DNA from: Patellaria atrata CBS 101060 | Lineage: Eukaryota | Reading direction: 5' to 3' | Length of the DNA stretch: 64,000 nt | Assembly (NCBI GenBank): GCA_010093705.1 | Contig: MU006095.1 | Coordinates: 682,001-746,000, forward strand | In this document: positions 1-12,875 of the stretch, piece by piece | Layout: every line of letters begins with the position of its first letter | Numbering within the stretch: the stretch's first letter is position 1 | Translations under genes and position numbers: made by a program | The notes under the pieces: model-generated | The model's input: the letters and a program-made list of their open reading frames with translations, nothing else | The model's database searches: none | Told to the model about the DNA's origin: nothing

Positions 1-619
1 GTTACGCAAGGAGAGGTGCGATCGCTGTCTTTGAGGGTTTTTCTCCTCGCTCTTCTACAGGACATGGAATTCTTACTTCTTCACCGCGGGCTGCTTCGAA
101 ATCTTTTACGGATCGACGAATCACGTGGAGGTAGGAGTATCTACCATTCTCAAAGCGTCGGAGCATTCTCCTCCTCAAAGCAGAACAATTCAGGCGGCTG
201 AACGAGCAAGTAGACAACGGCCTCAGAGCTTAAGCTAAGTCCTCTGTGCCCTCACCAGGCAATCAAAAGAAGAAAAGGAAGTGAGGACAGAAATATATAA
301 AATATTCATTTTACAATAGAGAAAGTAGCCTAATCGCATATCAAAAATATCCCGTATCATAGCCGAAAAGAACGCACTAGAAATGACCTAAAAAATATAT
401 TCCAGAACATCTAGTTTTGCACCTGGCCCTCAGATCCCCGATGAAACACCATGACACCGATATGGGAGAGTGGAAATCATCTCGTCCGCATTCCTTCCAT
501 TTCCCGAATATAAATCCTTTTACCCCTATACGCCTTCTAAATTACTGACTCCGTAATATCAGTTCCGAAAACGCCTCGTCGAAAACATAAATGAAATGAC
601 AGGAAAGGAAGGAAAACTT

Positions 620-2005
620 CTATCGCCTGCCTTCGTGGATCTTCAGATCCATGACGTATTGCATAAGGCTGCAATCGTCACATTTGACAAGCATCTGCAG
701 AGCCTTGATTCTCTTCCTCAGAAGCATGTTCTCTTCTTCAGCCTTCTTCTTTTCCTTTTCCACTTGCTTGATATAAGCCGTCGCGGTGGCTAGGATCACA
801 GCTTTGGAGGGCTTTCCATTCGTCGGGGTAGGTAAGTCCTCAATGTCTGGATTAGACCCAGGGGAACCGTCCTTTTCTTGAAGAGAGGGAACAACGCGAC
901 GTAGAGACTCAAGCTGAGTGTTTAGCGTCTCCCGATATTTTCGTTCCACTTGATTGTGTGGCACGCGACGGCGTACCTTTCCCGTTGCCGTCTTCTCGAC
1001 CGTCGGCATCGGTGAATCTTGATCTGCCGCTGACGGAGAGCTCTCATGTTTCACCTGTGGCGAATCTTCTACCTTCTTCAGGTCCAGATCGCGGCCGGAG
1101 GCTCGACTAGAATCGCTTTCGGTACGTTTCAGCCTGGGTCGAATCTGGACGACCCCGGAATCTTCTGCAGCAAGTACTTCCTGATTGAGGAGAGAACCAT
1201 TCACTGTTCCAGAAGGTGGTGAGTCCGCGAAAAGGAAAGGTGCACAAGCCCCGTTGCAAGTGGAAGGATTGGGTGGAGTTCCTTCTTCAGCGTGATTTGG
1301 ACACAGTGGGGAAGTCCAGCAAGCAGATATTGGATCGGTTGGACCCCTATTCCGTTTGGTTGAAGTGGAATTGGAATTCGGAGCAGACGCGGTCTCAAGG
1401 GCGTCGACAGTCGGAAGATGTTGATATGTCAAATCCGTCGCGAATGTCGGGTCATCTGGATCAAGAAAGAGTGATGAAAGTTCTGCGCGGCTAAAGGTAG
1501 GGGTTTTGTTTACGGTCCTGCCAGTCTGTACCAGTGTAGGGTTCTGCTGAGACACAGTTCTTGCTGTCGACGTGGGAGGAGACAGCCTGAGTCTTGACGC
1601 AGGTTGAGTCGGTCGTGGCGTCAAGACTTCTTCCAAGTTTGTGTTGAAGGGTTCTGGGGAAGAATCTGAGGTACTGTCACCGGCGAGAGTCCTACTAAGC
1701 GGCTCAAGGATTTCGCCATCACTGAGAAAGTAATCGCCCAATCCGTAATATGCGTCTGAGAAATACGAGTCCGGGTGTGCAGAAGCTTCGTCTGGAGTGG
1801 TAATTGATGAGGCTGGATTTGAGTATTGCGTCATCTGGGTTGAGAGTTGAGGATTCGGTCGTTGTTGCGATAGCTGTTGTCTTTGCCCTAATTGAGCCAT
1901 CTTTGTTCGTTGGATTTGTTGCGAGGATGCTGCGTTAGACCAAGTTCCTGTAGCAGCTGAGACGAGGACATTGTCTAGAGGCAGCGAGCTCCAGTTGTAG
2001 GCCAT
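620..2005 (-). CDS. bHLH-Zip transcription factor, SREBP/Tye7/Hms1-like, no TM anchor
   Basis: Intronless ORF from MAYNWSS (ATG 2005). C-terminal bHLH RRRVPHNQVERKYRETLNTQLESLRRVVP...KPSKAVILATATAYIKQVE has the SREBP-type Tyr (ERKYR), followed by a zipper. Confidence 0.88.
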   Translation of the reverse strand: MAYNWSSLPLDNVLVSAATGTWSNAASSQQIQRTKMAQLGQRQQLSQQRPNPQLSTQMTQYSNPASSITTPDEASAHPDSYFSDAYYGLGDYFLSDGEILEPLSRTLAGDSTSDSSPEPFNTNLEEVLTPRPTQPASRLRLSPPTSTARTVSQQNPTLVQTGRTVNKTPTFSRAELSSLFLDPDDPTFATDLTYQHLPTVDALETASAPNSNSTSTKRNRGPTDPISACWTSPLCPNHAEEGTPPNPSTCNGACAPFLFADSPPSGTVNGSLLNQEVLAAEDSGVVQIRPRLKRTESDSSRASGRDLDLKKVEDSPQVKHESSPSAADQDSPMPTVEKTATGKVRRRVPHNQVERKYRETLNTQLESLRRVVPSLQEKDGSPGSNPDIEDLPTPTNGKPSKAVILATATAYIKQVEKEKKKAEEENMLLRKRIKALQMLVKCDDCSLMQYVMDLKIHEGRR

Positions 2006-4504
2006 GTCAACAGACAGCCTTTTGAAGAGGAAAAGAAAGATCAGACGAGAGTGGGTTGAGACCAATGGCCTTTGTACGAGTCTTTTATCCAGATATTAAA
2101 AAACTCAGAATGTAGCACACGAGATGTAGATTTGTTTAGTCTTTGTGCTTGTCAAACGGTAGGTACGTTTTGATGACGAAAAGTGGTTCTCTGTACTCTC
2201 GATATGAGAAGGTAAAAGAACAAGTTCGGATGAGAAATAGTTCGGGTGAGGTCAAGTTGTGTAAGGTGACCAGTTGTAAAAGTTTATGGAAGGGTTCCGT
2301 TGTCACAAAGTAAAGACGTGAAGTTTGAGGCGTAAAGAGTCAGGTCAAGGTAGACGTCAAAGGATGGAATTTTAGGGTCTGAGGAGGTGGAGTAAGGGTA
2401 CTATAGGGGAATTTAGTTCTAGGTTGGTTTCTAATTCTAGTTTTGAACTACCGGTAAGGTACTTAAGGTAGTTCTAGCACCTTTCAAGCAAAATTGATAG
2501 TGGATATAGAGGGTTAGGCTCGTGGAGTTCTTTGTATTCTTGTAATTATTGGCGGCCAAGCGGCGGAGGGTTGATTAAGCGGAGTCTTTTTTGCATTTCG
2601 CGTCACAAAGTATCGGAAGTCTACGGTGCACAGATGCAAGGCGTAAAAAGTTGGGTAAGAACACGAGGTTCTAGGTTGAAGGGTTCTTTCCTCTTTTCCC
2701 TCCTTACTCTTTCCTCTTCCCTCGAGACTTCTCCGAAGTGCAAGAACAACCCAGAACAAATTTACTTGTAGAACTAGTAATTGTGGGGCAGATATCACTC
2801 CAACGAAGACAATTAGACTCCGCAGATCATCGCGGATCCCCTTTAACCTCATCATGATTTAAGGAAAGTATAAGCTGGGGACGAACTTGGAATTCCTTCT
2901 CAAAGTTATCTTCTCTACTCCCCAGAGAATTAGTTCTATACATGCTTAAACGTCTTATCGCCTTGAAGTTTTATGGCATAACTGAGTGACTGGGTGATAA
3001 AACGGGAAGAGGTCTTTATTCGGGTTAAACGAACGATGAGACGGTGAGAAGCCTTAGGTCATCGTTGATTGAAGGGACGAGAACTTCTGTCGAACGATTG
3101 TGGCGTGATATCAAAATAGTAGAAGTTTAGACCAGTTCTGGACTCTCACTGCCAAGCGACAACCATGTGCTGTACATGCAGCTTCCGGCTTCCGGCTTCC
3201 GAGTCGGGACCCGCCGACCTCAACGATCCCCGCACTACCCGCACTCTTCCACGCCTTCCCACGTGAACTTCCTCAACTTCTCAAGCGCTCCTAAAAAGTA
3301 ATTCTCCTACAAAGTACCTTAACCTCACCGCCCCGTGCTCATACTGCATATTCATATTCCCCTACCAGGGGGAGTGCTGCAAATTTATGGAGCATCAATG
3401 GTGACGTTCGGCCGAATTCTTTCACTGCCCAGAAGCTCGATCGAGTCTTGCTTCTCCGGTCCTCGTCCTCGTCCTACAAAAGTACCCTGACCTCTCTCCT
3501 ATTATTGATCACACCCAAAAGACTTCCTCAGCTCCAAGCACCGTAAAAGAAGGATGGAAGCTGCATTTAGAATGGACATCTGAGTTGGGGAAGCTAGAGC
3601 TATCTAGTCTAAGGTAATTCACACGGTGCATGTAGGGCGTAAGCTAGGCTTATACTGTACCGACTCACTTCTCCACGCAGGTAAGGTAACCATTACACTC
3701 TCATACCTTCGAACGTTCCCAAATGTCTGTTTCTTCATTCCGGACTTTGTCGTATCACAGCATAGAGTCCTTGACGTCCTCAGACAGATAGAGAGGGGTA
3801 CACTTTCCGTGCCCGTCAGAGGTTGGAATAATCACGTAGTCAAATGCGATGACTTCTCCCTTTAACAGGCTACCGTCTTCTGCATCAATTCAACCTATGG
3901 CGTTGAATACCCGTGTCCCAGACTGCAGTATCTCGAAACCTTATCTGAATTTCTTCCGCTACAATATCCGTTAAGGTATATAAGTATCTAATAAAGCTTA
4001 TTTTAGGAGCCACAAAGCTTGATTGAACTGGACTAACCCACAGTGTGCACACCATTCCGTTCTGGACAATCATGTATCCATGTGTACAGGGTCACGCGAG
4101 TTCAGCAACAGCCCGAGCTGGGTAACTCGACGTTGAATGCGGGGAAATCCAGCTACCTTATGCATGCTACCATGCTAATGATGTGATATGGTCGTCTCAC
4201 CACCAGCTGTACTTGGAGCTCTACCTTTGCTCTAATCTACATATAAGATTTGGAGAAACCCTGGACCCTTAGGACGTTCGCATAAACCGTAATGCTATTA
4301 TACCTATGCCGAACTGTTGTGTCGATTCTTTCTTGCAACTTCAGCAGACCTCCGCCTAGGACTTGACATTTTGACGAATGTCTTAAGATTTTAGCACACT
4401 GTGCGAATAAGTCAGGAAAAATCTCGTCAGACGCTGTGGGAAAGTGTCATAAGTGTTTCGTCATGGGGAATAGCACCGAACATATAAACTCAAACGGAAA
4501 ACGA

Positions 4505-5097
4505 ATGGACTCTACGACTGCCGTGGGGATCATTATCCCATCCTTATTTGCAATGGTCCTCCTTGTCCTCATATTGGTGTCTGTAAATCTTTCTTTTGAT
4601 TTTGAGTCCATATAATCCTAAGAAAACTGCTTATCAAACCTCCACTTTTACAGAGCCATTGTTCTCCCTCGAATGGCAAGAGGCAACTATGAGTCTGCAT
4701 CCGCGCGTGAAATCCGCCAGAAGTCCCGCATCGCTCGCTTAAACTCCTTAGTCCAGACACAGGCGTATCATGACTGGAGTCTGAGTCAACAGGACAAGCT
4801 CCCTCCGGATACTATGAAAACGCATCCAATATGGTCAGAATCCTCCACTTGACGTAAGATCAGAAAACTAAGGCCATTTGTAGCGTCATATGCCTTGATA
4901 CCATCGAAGATGCTGCCCAGATTCGAGGTTTAGGCTGCTTACACGTTTTCCATCAGACTTGTCTCGACGACTGGTTTACTCGCATGAACGAGTTCTGTCC
5001 GCTGTGCCATCGCCCAATTGTCCCACCGGATCCAAAAACAAAGGGGCGAAAGCTAGCAAGAATTAGGACGCACCTACCAGCTGGTACAATGGTGTGA
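4505..5097 (+). CDS. Small single-pass TM RING-H2 E3 ubiquitin ligase (3 exons, absent from the ORF track)
   Basis: Manual splicing gives MDSTTAVGIIIPSLFAMVLLVLIL.. (TM), then AIVLPRMARGNYESASAREIRQKSRIARL...HPIC|VICLDTIEDAAQIRGLGCLHVFHQTCLDDWFTRMNEFCPLCHRPI, a complete C3H2C3 RING-H2. Stop TGA at 5095-5097. Confidence 0.85.
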
Positions 5098-5667
5098 AGG
5101 GTAGGTTCAATCGAGAACTATCCTGCAAAGTTATTAGCTGAAGCGTTTATGTGATATTAGTCTTGTTAGTTATGTTACGGAGGATATCCCAAAACGGGTT
5201 GTAAAGTTATATTGTTTGCATAATGCTGATCATAATCTGCTCCCCTAAGATATGTCTCTCTACTATTTGATTTTCACTACTCCTAAACATTGCCGCAGAA
5301 AAGCAGGTTTGCCGATTAGACTCTCTACGACCAAACCGGGCAGTACTATTGCAAGAGTTACGATAGAATGGATCAGAACGGATCATGTCAAGTCTGACAT
5401 AGTCTACCAGTGGGCTGGGGATAAGCGTCGGCCAGTATCCTTCCGGGCGGTAAATCTATAGTACTACGTCGTCTTTGCCCCTTTCTATAACCTTTATCCC
5501 CACTTATTCCACCCTTTTATAACAATTGTCCTTCAAAACATTAACAACCCAGCAATCAGCGTTGAAAGTCCTGTATATGACCCCGATATTAAGAACAAGT
5601 TATGGCCGACACACTTCGGATAATAAAAAGCCTTCAACTGAAGATTGCCAATGAAAGATCTGGAAAT

Positions 5668-6055
5668 CTATCGAGGAGGGTTGGATGTGTAAGTCCCTGA
5701 GTTTGCACACATCTCCCTATCGACCGAGCATGTCGTATTCGTCGGTACGCTCGTAGTCTGCAGCGTAGCCATTGTCACATAGACACAATTCCAGGTACTA
5801 TTTTCGCAACGGATATACCACAGACGAGTGCCACTAGGCGGAGTGTTGTCTCGAATGCACCATCTCTCCACCGCATCCGGACACGGTGTGGGATTTTGAC
5901 GGGATTGAATGCGAGGCTGGAACAGTGTTAAGCCTCCTTTCCTACGCTTAGCTTGGATCGAGAACCCTTACCGCTAGTCCATAATTTGGTAAAGAACTAC
6001 CAACATCCACCATCATCCAGAGGACTAAAAACTGAATTATCTGACTAGGTCGCAT
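5668..6055 (-). CDS. Small secreted cysteine-rich protein (~110 aa), effector-like
   Basis: Exon 6055-5972 (signal peptide MRPSQIIQFLVLWMMVDVGSS). A 55-nt intron 5971-5917 (GTAAGG..CTTAAC..CAG) joins in frame to exon 5916-5668, which has 6 Cys. Confidence 0.7.
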
Positions 6056-6903
6056 TTTTTTGGTGAAAGAATGGGTGATAGTGCAAACTACCAGGGTGAT
6101 TACAGAAAAAAGATATTCGGCGACAAACGACTGTGTACAACTCGCAATGCAGTACACTCGAACAGCCTCTATCCATCTTTTATCTTTTTCTTTCTTACCT
6201 TCTGTATAGCCCTCGAAAGTTATTCCTGTCGGCAAATAGTTTGAAACTTTCTTCGTCGTCGAATTAAAATATTAAATTGTTGCGGGGTTGGACAAGGACA
6301 ATTTAATACCAAGAACGGGTAAATAGTAGGTAGTGTCTTACCTATTTACTTAACTCTTTTTCATTGAAAGGGATTACTTTTTTCTAGCAAGGCTTTCATT
6401 AATGTTTATTTTCTCGCTATAAGTCATGCAATGGAAAGATGAAAAGGTATATGGGTAGTAAGTTGGCGTCACTCTCACCTATTCTCACAATAAGCGACGT
6501 TACAATCCTTGGCGACGTTCCAATTTGAAGCTAGTGCTAACCAAGCACCAATCGTGATCTGGAGATCTCGTGCTAATCTTAATTTAGACTCGTGGCAAAA
6601 AGTATGGACGAAAGTGGCAACACATCATTCTTTCCCCGCCGTTTTTTGTTTCTGATATTTGTCGATGACTTCATATCTTTTGACTTTCATAACTATGTCT
6701 TTATTTCTCCAGATAGTTGGGTGTTAGCATCATACAATATTCAGTTTCCCGAGTTTGTATTTCGCTCCTTATCTTGTCCAGCTTATTATTTCTCCTTTGA
6801 GTCAGCTCTATTTTATCAAAGGCGTGAACTTTTCATTATAGGACTCAACTAGGATTGGCATTTGCATGCAAGGAAGAGCTACGATTTGGTATACGGGAAG
6901 AGA

Positions 6904-8233
6904 ATGATCCTCGCGGATCTGAACGAAGATTGCTTACATGAAATCTTCTCTTGCTTTACCACACCTAGTGCCGAACTATTTCATCTATCCCTTGTTTGCC
7001 GACGACTTGCCCATATAGTTCATAAACATGCCCTGCGTCATATCGATATAGGAACTGGGGGACTATTAACGAGATCTACCACTGCTCAACAGCTCAATAG
7101 TCTTTTGGAGACTCTTCAGCAAAATCCATGTCTCGGTTTTCGAGTCCGCTCCACTCGTATCGGACCCTGTTCGGACGATCCGGAGGGTGCCGCTCAGATC
7201 GATGAAATCCTAACATATATGCAAAATGTCCGGCGATTAGAGATCTACGGATTCCATCATGGGCCCACAATTCGGCAGAGTTTATCGTTCTATCAGCACA
7301 ATAGTCTACAAAACCTGCGACATGCGACTCTCCGCGGCGGCACGATGGGAGAGCTTGCTTATGAAATTCTTCAGCGCAAGAGTTTACGCACTTTTACGAT
7401 CGAGTACCTTAGACTAGGAGAATCCGAACTGCTCAATCCGACCCGAAAAGCACAATATGAGCCTCTCCACGAATTCCAACTCTCCGAGGGACGACTTTCC
7501 TACGACTGGATAGAGAATATTCTAACACAACGTCCTGCGGTCTCTAGATTAACACTTCTTCGATGTTATATTGGCCCTACTGGGAACAGTCGGGATGGAA
7601 TGAGACATCCCAAAGATCCCCCTACCGTGAGCTTCTCATCCCAGAAGTTTGGGCGCTCTTTGGAACCCACATCCCGTTTTCTAACAAGTTTAACCATCCG
7701 TGATAAAGTGCACTGGTGGGATGGCGTTGACATGTCACGTATGGATCTGTCTTCGTTCAAATGTCTACGATCTATTGAAATCCCAGGTGATATGCTAGTG
7801 GGATATGAGGCTAGCCCCTTGAGTAGAGATTGTGCATACCGGCTTCTTCCGCGGTGCCTTGAGCGTATAAAGGTTAGTAATCCTTGAGGCTCGTTTTATG
7901 GGTTTACTCTGATTGTTAAATTCCTAGCTAAACTTTGAACAAAACACCTCTGTATTAGTACCAGAAACACTTGAAAGCGCAGAGAAAGCTCCAATTGATA
8001 GAATTCGTTGGATCACGGAAATCTTGGATCATAAGCGTTCATCATATCCGGCATTGAAGTTATTTATCGCACAGGAGATCCTACAGCTTCACAGAAGGGG
8101 AACATATGAGGAGACGAAGCAAGTAGGTCCTATGTTCTACTGGATCCCGCAACTTCTTGCTCAGCGCGCAGAGCAGACAGCTGTCCACATCGAACTTTGG
8201 TTCAGATCACACCCATTTCGAGTGCAGTCATAA
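6904..8233 (+). CDS. F-box protein with LRR-like C-terminal region
   Basis: N-terminal LADLNEDCLHEIFSCF...LFHLSLVCRRLAHIV F-box and DLSSFKCLRSIEIP...LLPRCLERIK repeats. An intron at ~7873-7927 joins in frame to the last exon ending at 8233. Confidence 0.8.
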
Positions 8234-8616
8234 AGGTAGCAACGAACGTTTCATAATAACATGCACCTTGGTTTTGATGACGTAAAGATTTTGATGACAG
8301 CTCCTAGACTATTTTTTTTTACGTTATGATCAACGCGATGACAGTTTGAGATTTAGCGGTTCGCCCCTTCCACAAGATCTCTTATTTTAGTCAATGTTTC
8401 GTATAATTTTGACATATTATTCTAGTTTTAATATCTTTAGTGTCTTGTTTTCTTCTATCAGATACCAGTCCAATATAAGCTATTCCTAAACTGACCCAGT
8501 TCGTCCAAATCACTTCACTATCTTTCAATATCGCGGGAGTCTAGATCTTGAGGAATTACCGAAATTTATTTCAGGTACACCTTTCAGATATAAGATATTT
8601 TGCCTAATCATCAACT

Positions 8617-10156
8617 CTAGTCCCACACAACCTCAATGCTCTCTAAATGCATTTCGAAATCTGAAGACCCAACGCCACCAAAGGTAATGGTATTCTCACT
8701 TCCTTCCTTAAGATCGAGTTCAACTGGAACGACATGATGATATCCAGCCCGATGGTTCAGATTCGAGATGTTTAGTGGTAATGGGTCATCATTGACATAG
8801 ACGTGAGCATCCCCACGGTTTCTGTCATTGACGTTGTAATGGAATTGCACCCATTGCCGTCCACCAGCTGCAGTGACGTTACGGAAAGTGATTTGGCTTG
8901 ATGAATCAACTATCATTTAAGGTCAGTACCTTGAACTGCACTTCAAAAATAAAGAAGCAGGATATAGCTTACTCTTATGAACAGATCGTTTACTAATGCA
9001 ACCTTCGCAAGCAGTCAACGCGGCATTGCCCTTGATATCGGCATCCGCAGCTTCATATCGTTTCTTATTCTGTGGAGTGCTGACGACCCCAGTCGCTGGA
9101 TCTATCTTCCACTGCGGGTAGTATTGCAGCGTCACAGATTTACTTCCTGTGTTGACGTTCATGGGTAACCACACGTAGTTGCTATCTGGACCACCCTTCG
9201 AGTCCCACGAATCACCCATGTAGATATACGTCGTCCGCTGGCTCCCCTTTACTGTCAACTCAAAAGTGTTTTGTGAGTTGTACGTTTTCTGATCCTCGGG
9301 TGCGACATTCGAAGGACCGTTCCATGAGCCTCCAACGAGCTTATCGGTCCAGAACATCTTGTTTGGATTACTACGCCAACCAGTCTTGCCTGACACAATT
9401 AGGTAATAGATCCCATCCACTTTAACGATACCGGGGGCTTCGTAAGCGCCTTTGGCGAGGCGGTTGACTCTCTCACCAATTGATCCGTCTGCGTTGATGC
9501 GATTGACCTGCACTTCGTTATGGTCGGCCGAAGTGAGCAGATACCAGGTACCTGATCTGGTATCAGCCAATGTGTAAAAGACGTTTTATGAACGAAAATA
9601 AAATGCGCACCATCATCGTCCTGAAACATCCCGGTATCCGAATAACTGTAGCTGCTGGGTGGCAGGAGCACAGAGTTACCGCTTTTACTATAACCTCCGA
9701 CCATCTGTGAGGAGACAAGAGCTTGCACTCGGCGGTCTACTTGACCGTAAATCTGTCATTGATGTCAGGATCGCATCGAAGAAAAGATAGAGAACCTCTT
9801 TACCCAGAACTGGCCATTTGGTTTCGCAATCTTCGGTCGCCACATCCACTCGATAGAGTTCTGAGGATTATTTGCTGGTTCCCAATTTAGGAGATCTTTG
9901 GACGTGTACAGATATGGTTGTACATCTTGTCAAAAGTGAGTTAGAGTTTTAAAGACTTATTTCAACGAAGCATACTGTGACTAGCAGCCTGTCCGATCCA
10001 GTAGAAAGTATCTCCGCGAAGCACAACTTGGCCACCATGTGCGTCAATCTTAGTGTTGGATGTGGACATCCAAGGGGAACCGGGAACAATCCATGAGTTC
10101 GCAGCTATGGTTGTCGATACTAAAGCAGAAGTTAGATAAGCTTGTGAAAGACGCAT
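8617..10156 (-). CDS. Secreted GH43 (subfamily 24-like exo-beta-1,3-galactanase) with C-terminal CBM35-like module, multi-exon
   Basis: Signal peptide; IDAHGG, YEAPGIVK, GWRSNPN, TYNSQNT and YMGDSW motifs; C-terminal YEAADA...LKEGSENTITF beta-sandwich. Confidence 0.82.
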
Positions 10157-10755
10157 GATGTTAACGTTAATCCAGCATTTGCACACAATTTGCTGGCACT
10201 ACGGAGTAGGTCAGTTTATATTCAAGGCTATGAAACATATCTCTCGGTTTCTCGCAATTACTGGATCACCAAATCTATAAAATTGCTAAATTCATCCAGG
10301 CGTACTCCGCTTTCCCCGTAAGAAGTCAATCGGCTAGCCGAGATGATGTGCCACTGCGGAAGCTATAAACAAGCAATGAGCGAGTCAGAATCCGACATAC
10401 CTTACTACCTGGTTAAGTGCGGCAGTAATAATAACGAATGCTACAGTTATATGATTGGTGCTAATTGTTATAATTCCGGAATTTTAATTAACCCATCCCT
10501 GATATAGTTCTTCCACCATGAAGCTTTTGCGGGGCAACTCTCAACCGAGCATCAATCTTTAACCCAGTTCTATACTCTATATTCTAGTGTCAGTTTGAAA
10601 AAAAATTGCTCGAAGTACTTGTTTGACGACTATCTTATAAGATAGGGTATTATAATACGCATCGGTTTAGCGTGAATCCATTCACTTATCAGATTGAGCC
10701 TGATCAACACCTCGGCTTTTACACTATGGAGTAATCTCTTAATGTATATCTTTCC

Positions 10756-12875
10756 TCACCGATTTGTTTCCCATGTCAAGTCATACTTTCCCCACAAACT
10801 CGCTTGCTTTACCCCTTGAATGAAAACAGGGGTCTTGAGGACAAAGTTCTCATGCCGTGGTCGTATGAGTAAAGGATGCAGACAGTGATTAACCACCACA
10901 ACAGTCTCGCCTTGCTCGATGGATCCAAAACCAAGACCAATGAAGCATTCCTCAAGTATAAAGAAGGTCTTGTTTTTTCCGTTGAACAACTTCGATGAGC
11001 TCGGTCCGTTCTCTGGACCATCGGAGCAGTGCAACCACTGCGTGTAGTCATTCCATTACTCGTCGGTGTGGTCAAATCCTGGGAGACGACATAGACAATG
11101 GTAAAACGCTTCAATAGTGCCCATAGAGTACATCTCTTTGCTGTCAGCCTGAATTTTGGCCTTCCAATACTAGAGTCGATTTTGCAACTGTGTTGTAGAG
11201 GGCGACTAGAAAGACTGAGTATTATGGATTTCCAGACCTTGATCCCTAAGGTCGTCAGGAGTGAATTTGAAAGCAGTCGCATCAATGCTAAGGTCAACTC
11301 TGCCGATATAGAAAGCTCTTATATTCAGTTTTAAATCCACGGCCGAGAAGATACAGTGAGATCTCGACCGATCAGTCATCACTCGTGGGTCTATGTTCTG
11401 TTCTGAGAGAACTTCAAACGTTTCATCACTCTAGTCAGGTACTTAGGAAGGAAGATCCTGGCGCCGATTTGCACTCCATACCAACTCCAGGACAGTGAGC
11501 TGAACATCATTCTTCAAACATGCAACTGTAGCCTCGGTATATATCTGAGCCAGTGATATTAAATACTCTGGTTTCGTAAGGCTCTTCGCTGGGTGTAAAC
11601 CAAGATCTCTATTTATAGAGTATAAGGCGAAGACTCTGTCCTTGGGATCTGATGTTTTTCGAGAGCGTGCGGCTTGAAGGTACCTGTGGATGTCGTCGTG
11701 CAGGCCCACAGACCGTCGCATATGCTGATGGTGCTCATCGCGGATCCGAGTCTCCTTTCGATCGTCCCTCAGGATATAGTCTGCAACCCACCGGGGGTGA
11801 TTCGAGCTGTAATTATACGTGCTTCGATTGCGCTAGCTGAACATTTGATATACTATGGGGTAACTTGAGTGTTCTGCGACAGCTAGCCATTCATGTTCAA
11901 GTAACTTGTCGGTAGCGAAACGAAATCGCTCCCATGATAAGCTCATACTTCCGCATATTACTACTGCTCTCCTTGACAACAAGAGCTCTTGAAGTGTCCA
12001 CATCCGTTGAAACTATTCTCGACTGAGTACCTCCTTAACGTAGGTTGAGACTGCTGGAAGGTTCTTCTTATCTATATTGATAAGCGCTACGGGACTATCA
12101 TGTTAACAATATGCGCATCATTTACCTATATTCCTTTTGTGCGATTTAAAAATCCCTTGACCGACTATGTTTGAGATCTCATCATCGCCGAAGATCAGAG
12201 ATTGACCCTTAAAAGCGTGGAAATATGCATCGGACAGGTCTCGCCTTCTCCTAAATAGAGATTGACAGTGTTGGCCATTTCGTAGATATCGCCCATCATT
12301 GTAACATGGGAACTCCTTTCATCTTCATTCGTCCGATCTATGCAGACTGCATCCACCCATAACAAGCGTCCATAGTCTTTACCGGGCTTGTCGCCCAAGG
12401 TCACATCTTCAGTTTCTGTGTGATGGGTGATGATACTATCGGCCTTGGTTGGTTGCAATTCCTTTTCATCTATTTCTGGTAAAATTGGATATCCAGTTTT
12501 ACCACTTCTGCTCCTTTTCTTCGCCTCATTTACACGCCTTTTCTCTTCTTTCTCATGAATTTCCTCAAGTTTCTTTACCTCCTTACTTTGCTTGTCTTTC
12601 CTTTTCGGTCGAAGTTGGCGGAGTGCTGCATCACAGTTTTTCGTAATGGGGAGCATTCTCCCGCCGATCTCGCTGTAGTGATTACTCCCTCTATCGCCCC
12701 ATACATACGATAGAGCTTCAAAAGGTGACTGCGAAGCGAACCCGAGATCCTGATCATGAATATTCAATGGTAATAGCTTTCCAACTGGGCGTGCTTGGGA
12801 ATCCACAGCTGGTTGAGGAGATATCAAACAAATATGCTGAACAGTTGGTAAAGGAATGTGAGCGTATGGCTCCAT
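10756..12875 (-). pseudogene. HET-domain (HET-6-like heterokaryon incompatibility) gene, disrupted
   Basis: FEALSYVWG, ITKNCDAALRQLR, LWVDAVCID, DPKDRVFAL and DLPS motifs are present. The conserved WFxRxWTLQE motif reads *FQRMWTLQE (TAG at 12013-12015), and downstream fragments lie in different frames. Confidence 0.8.

Noticed and set aside
2..217. Short ORFs at the window start
   Set aside because: No recognisable motif in any frame, and they are truncated by the window edge.
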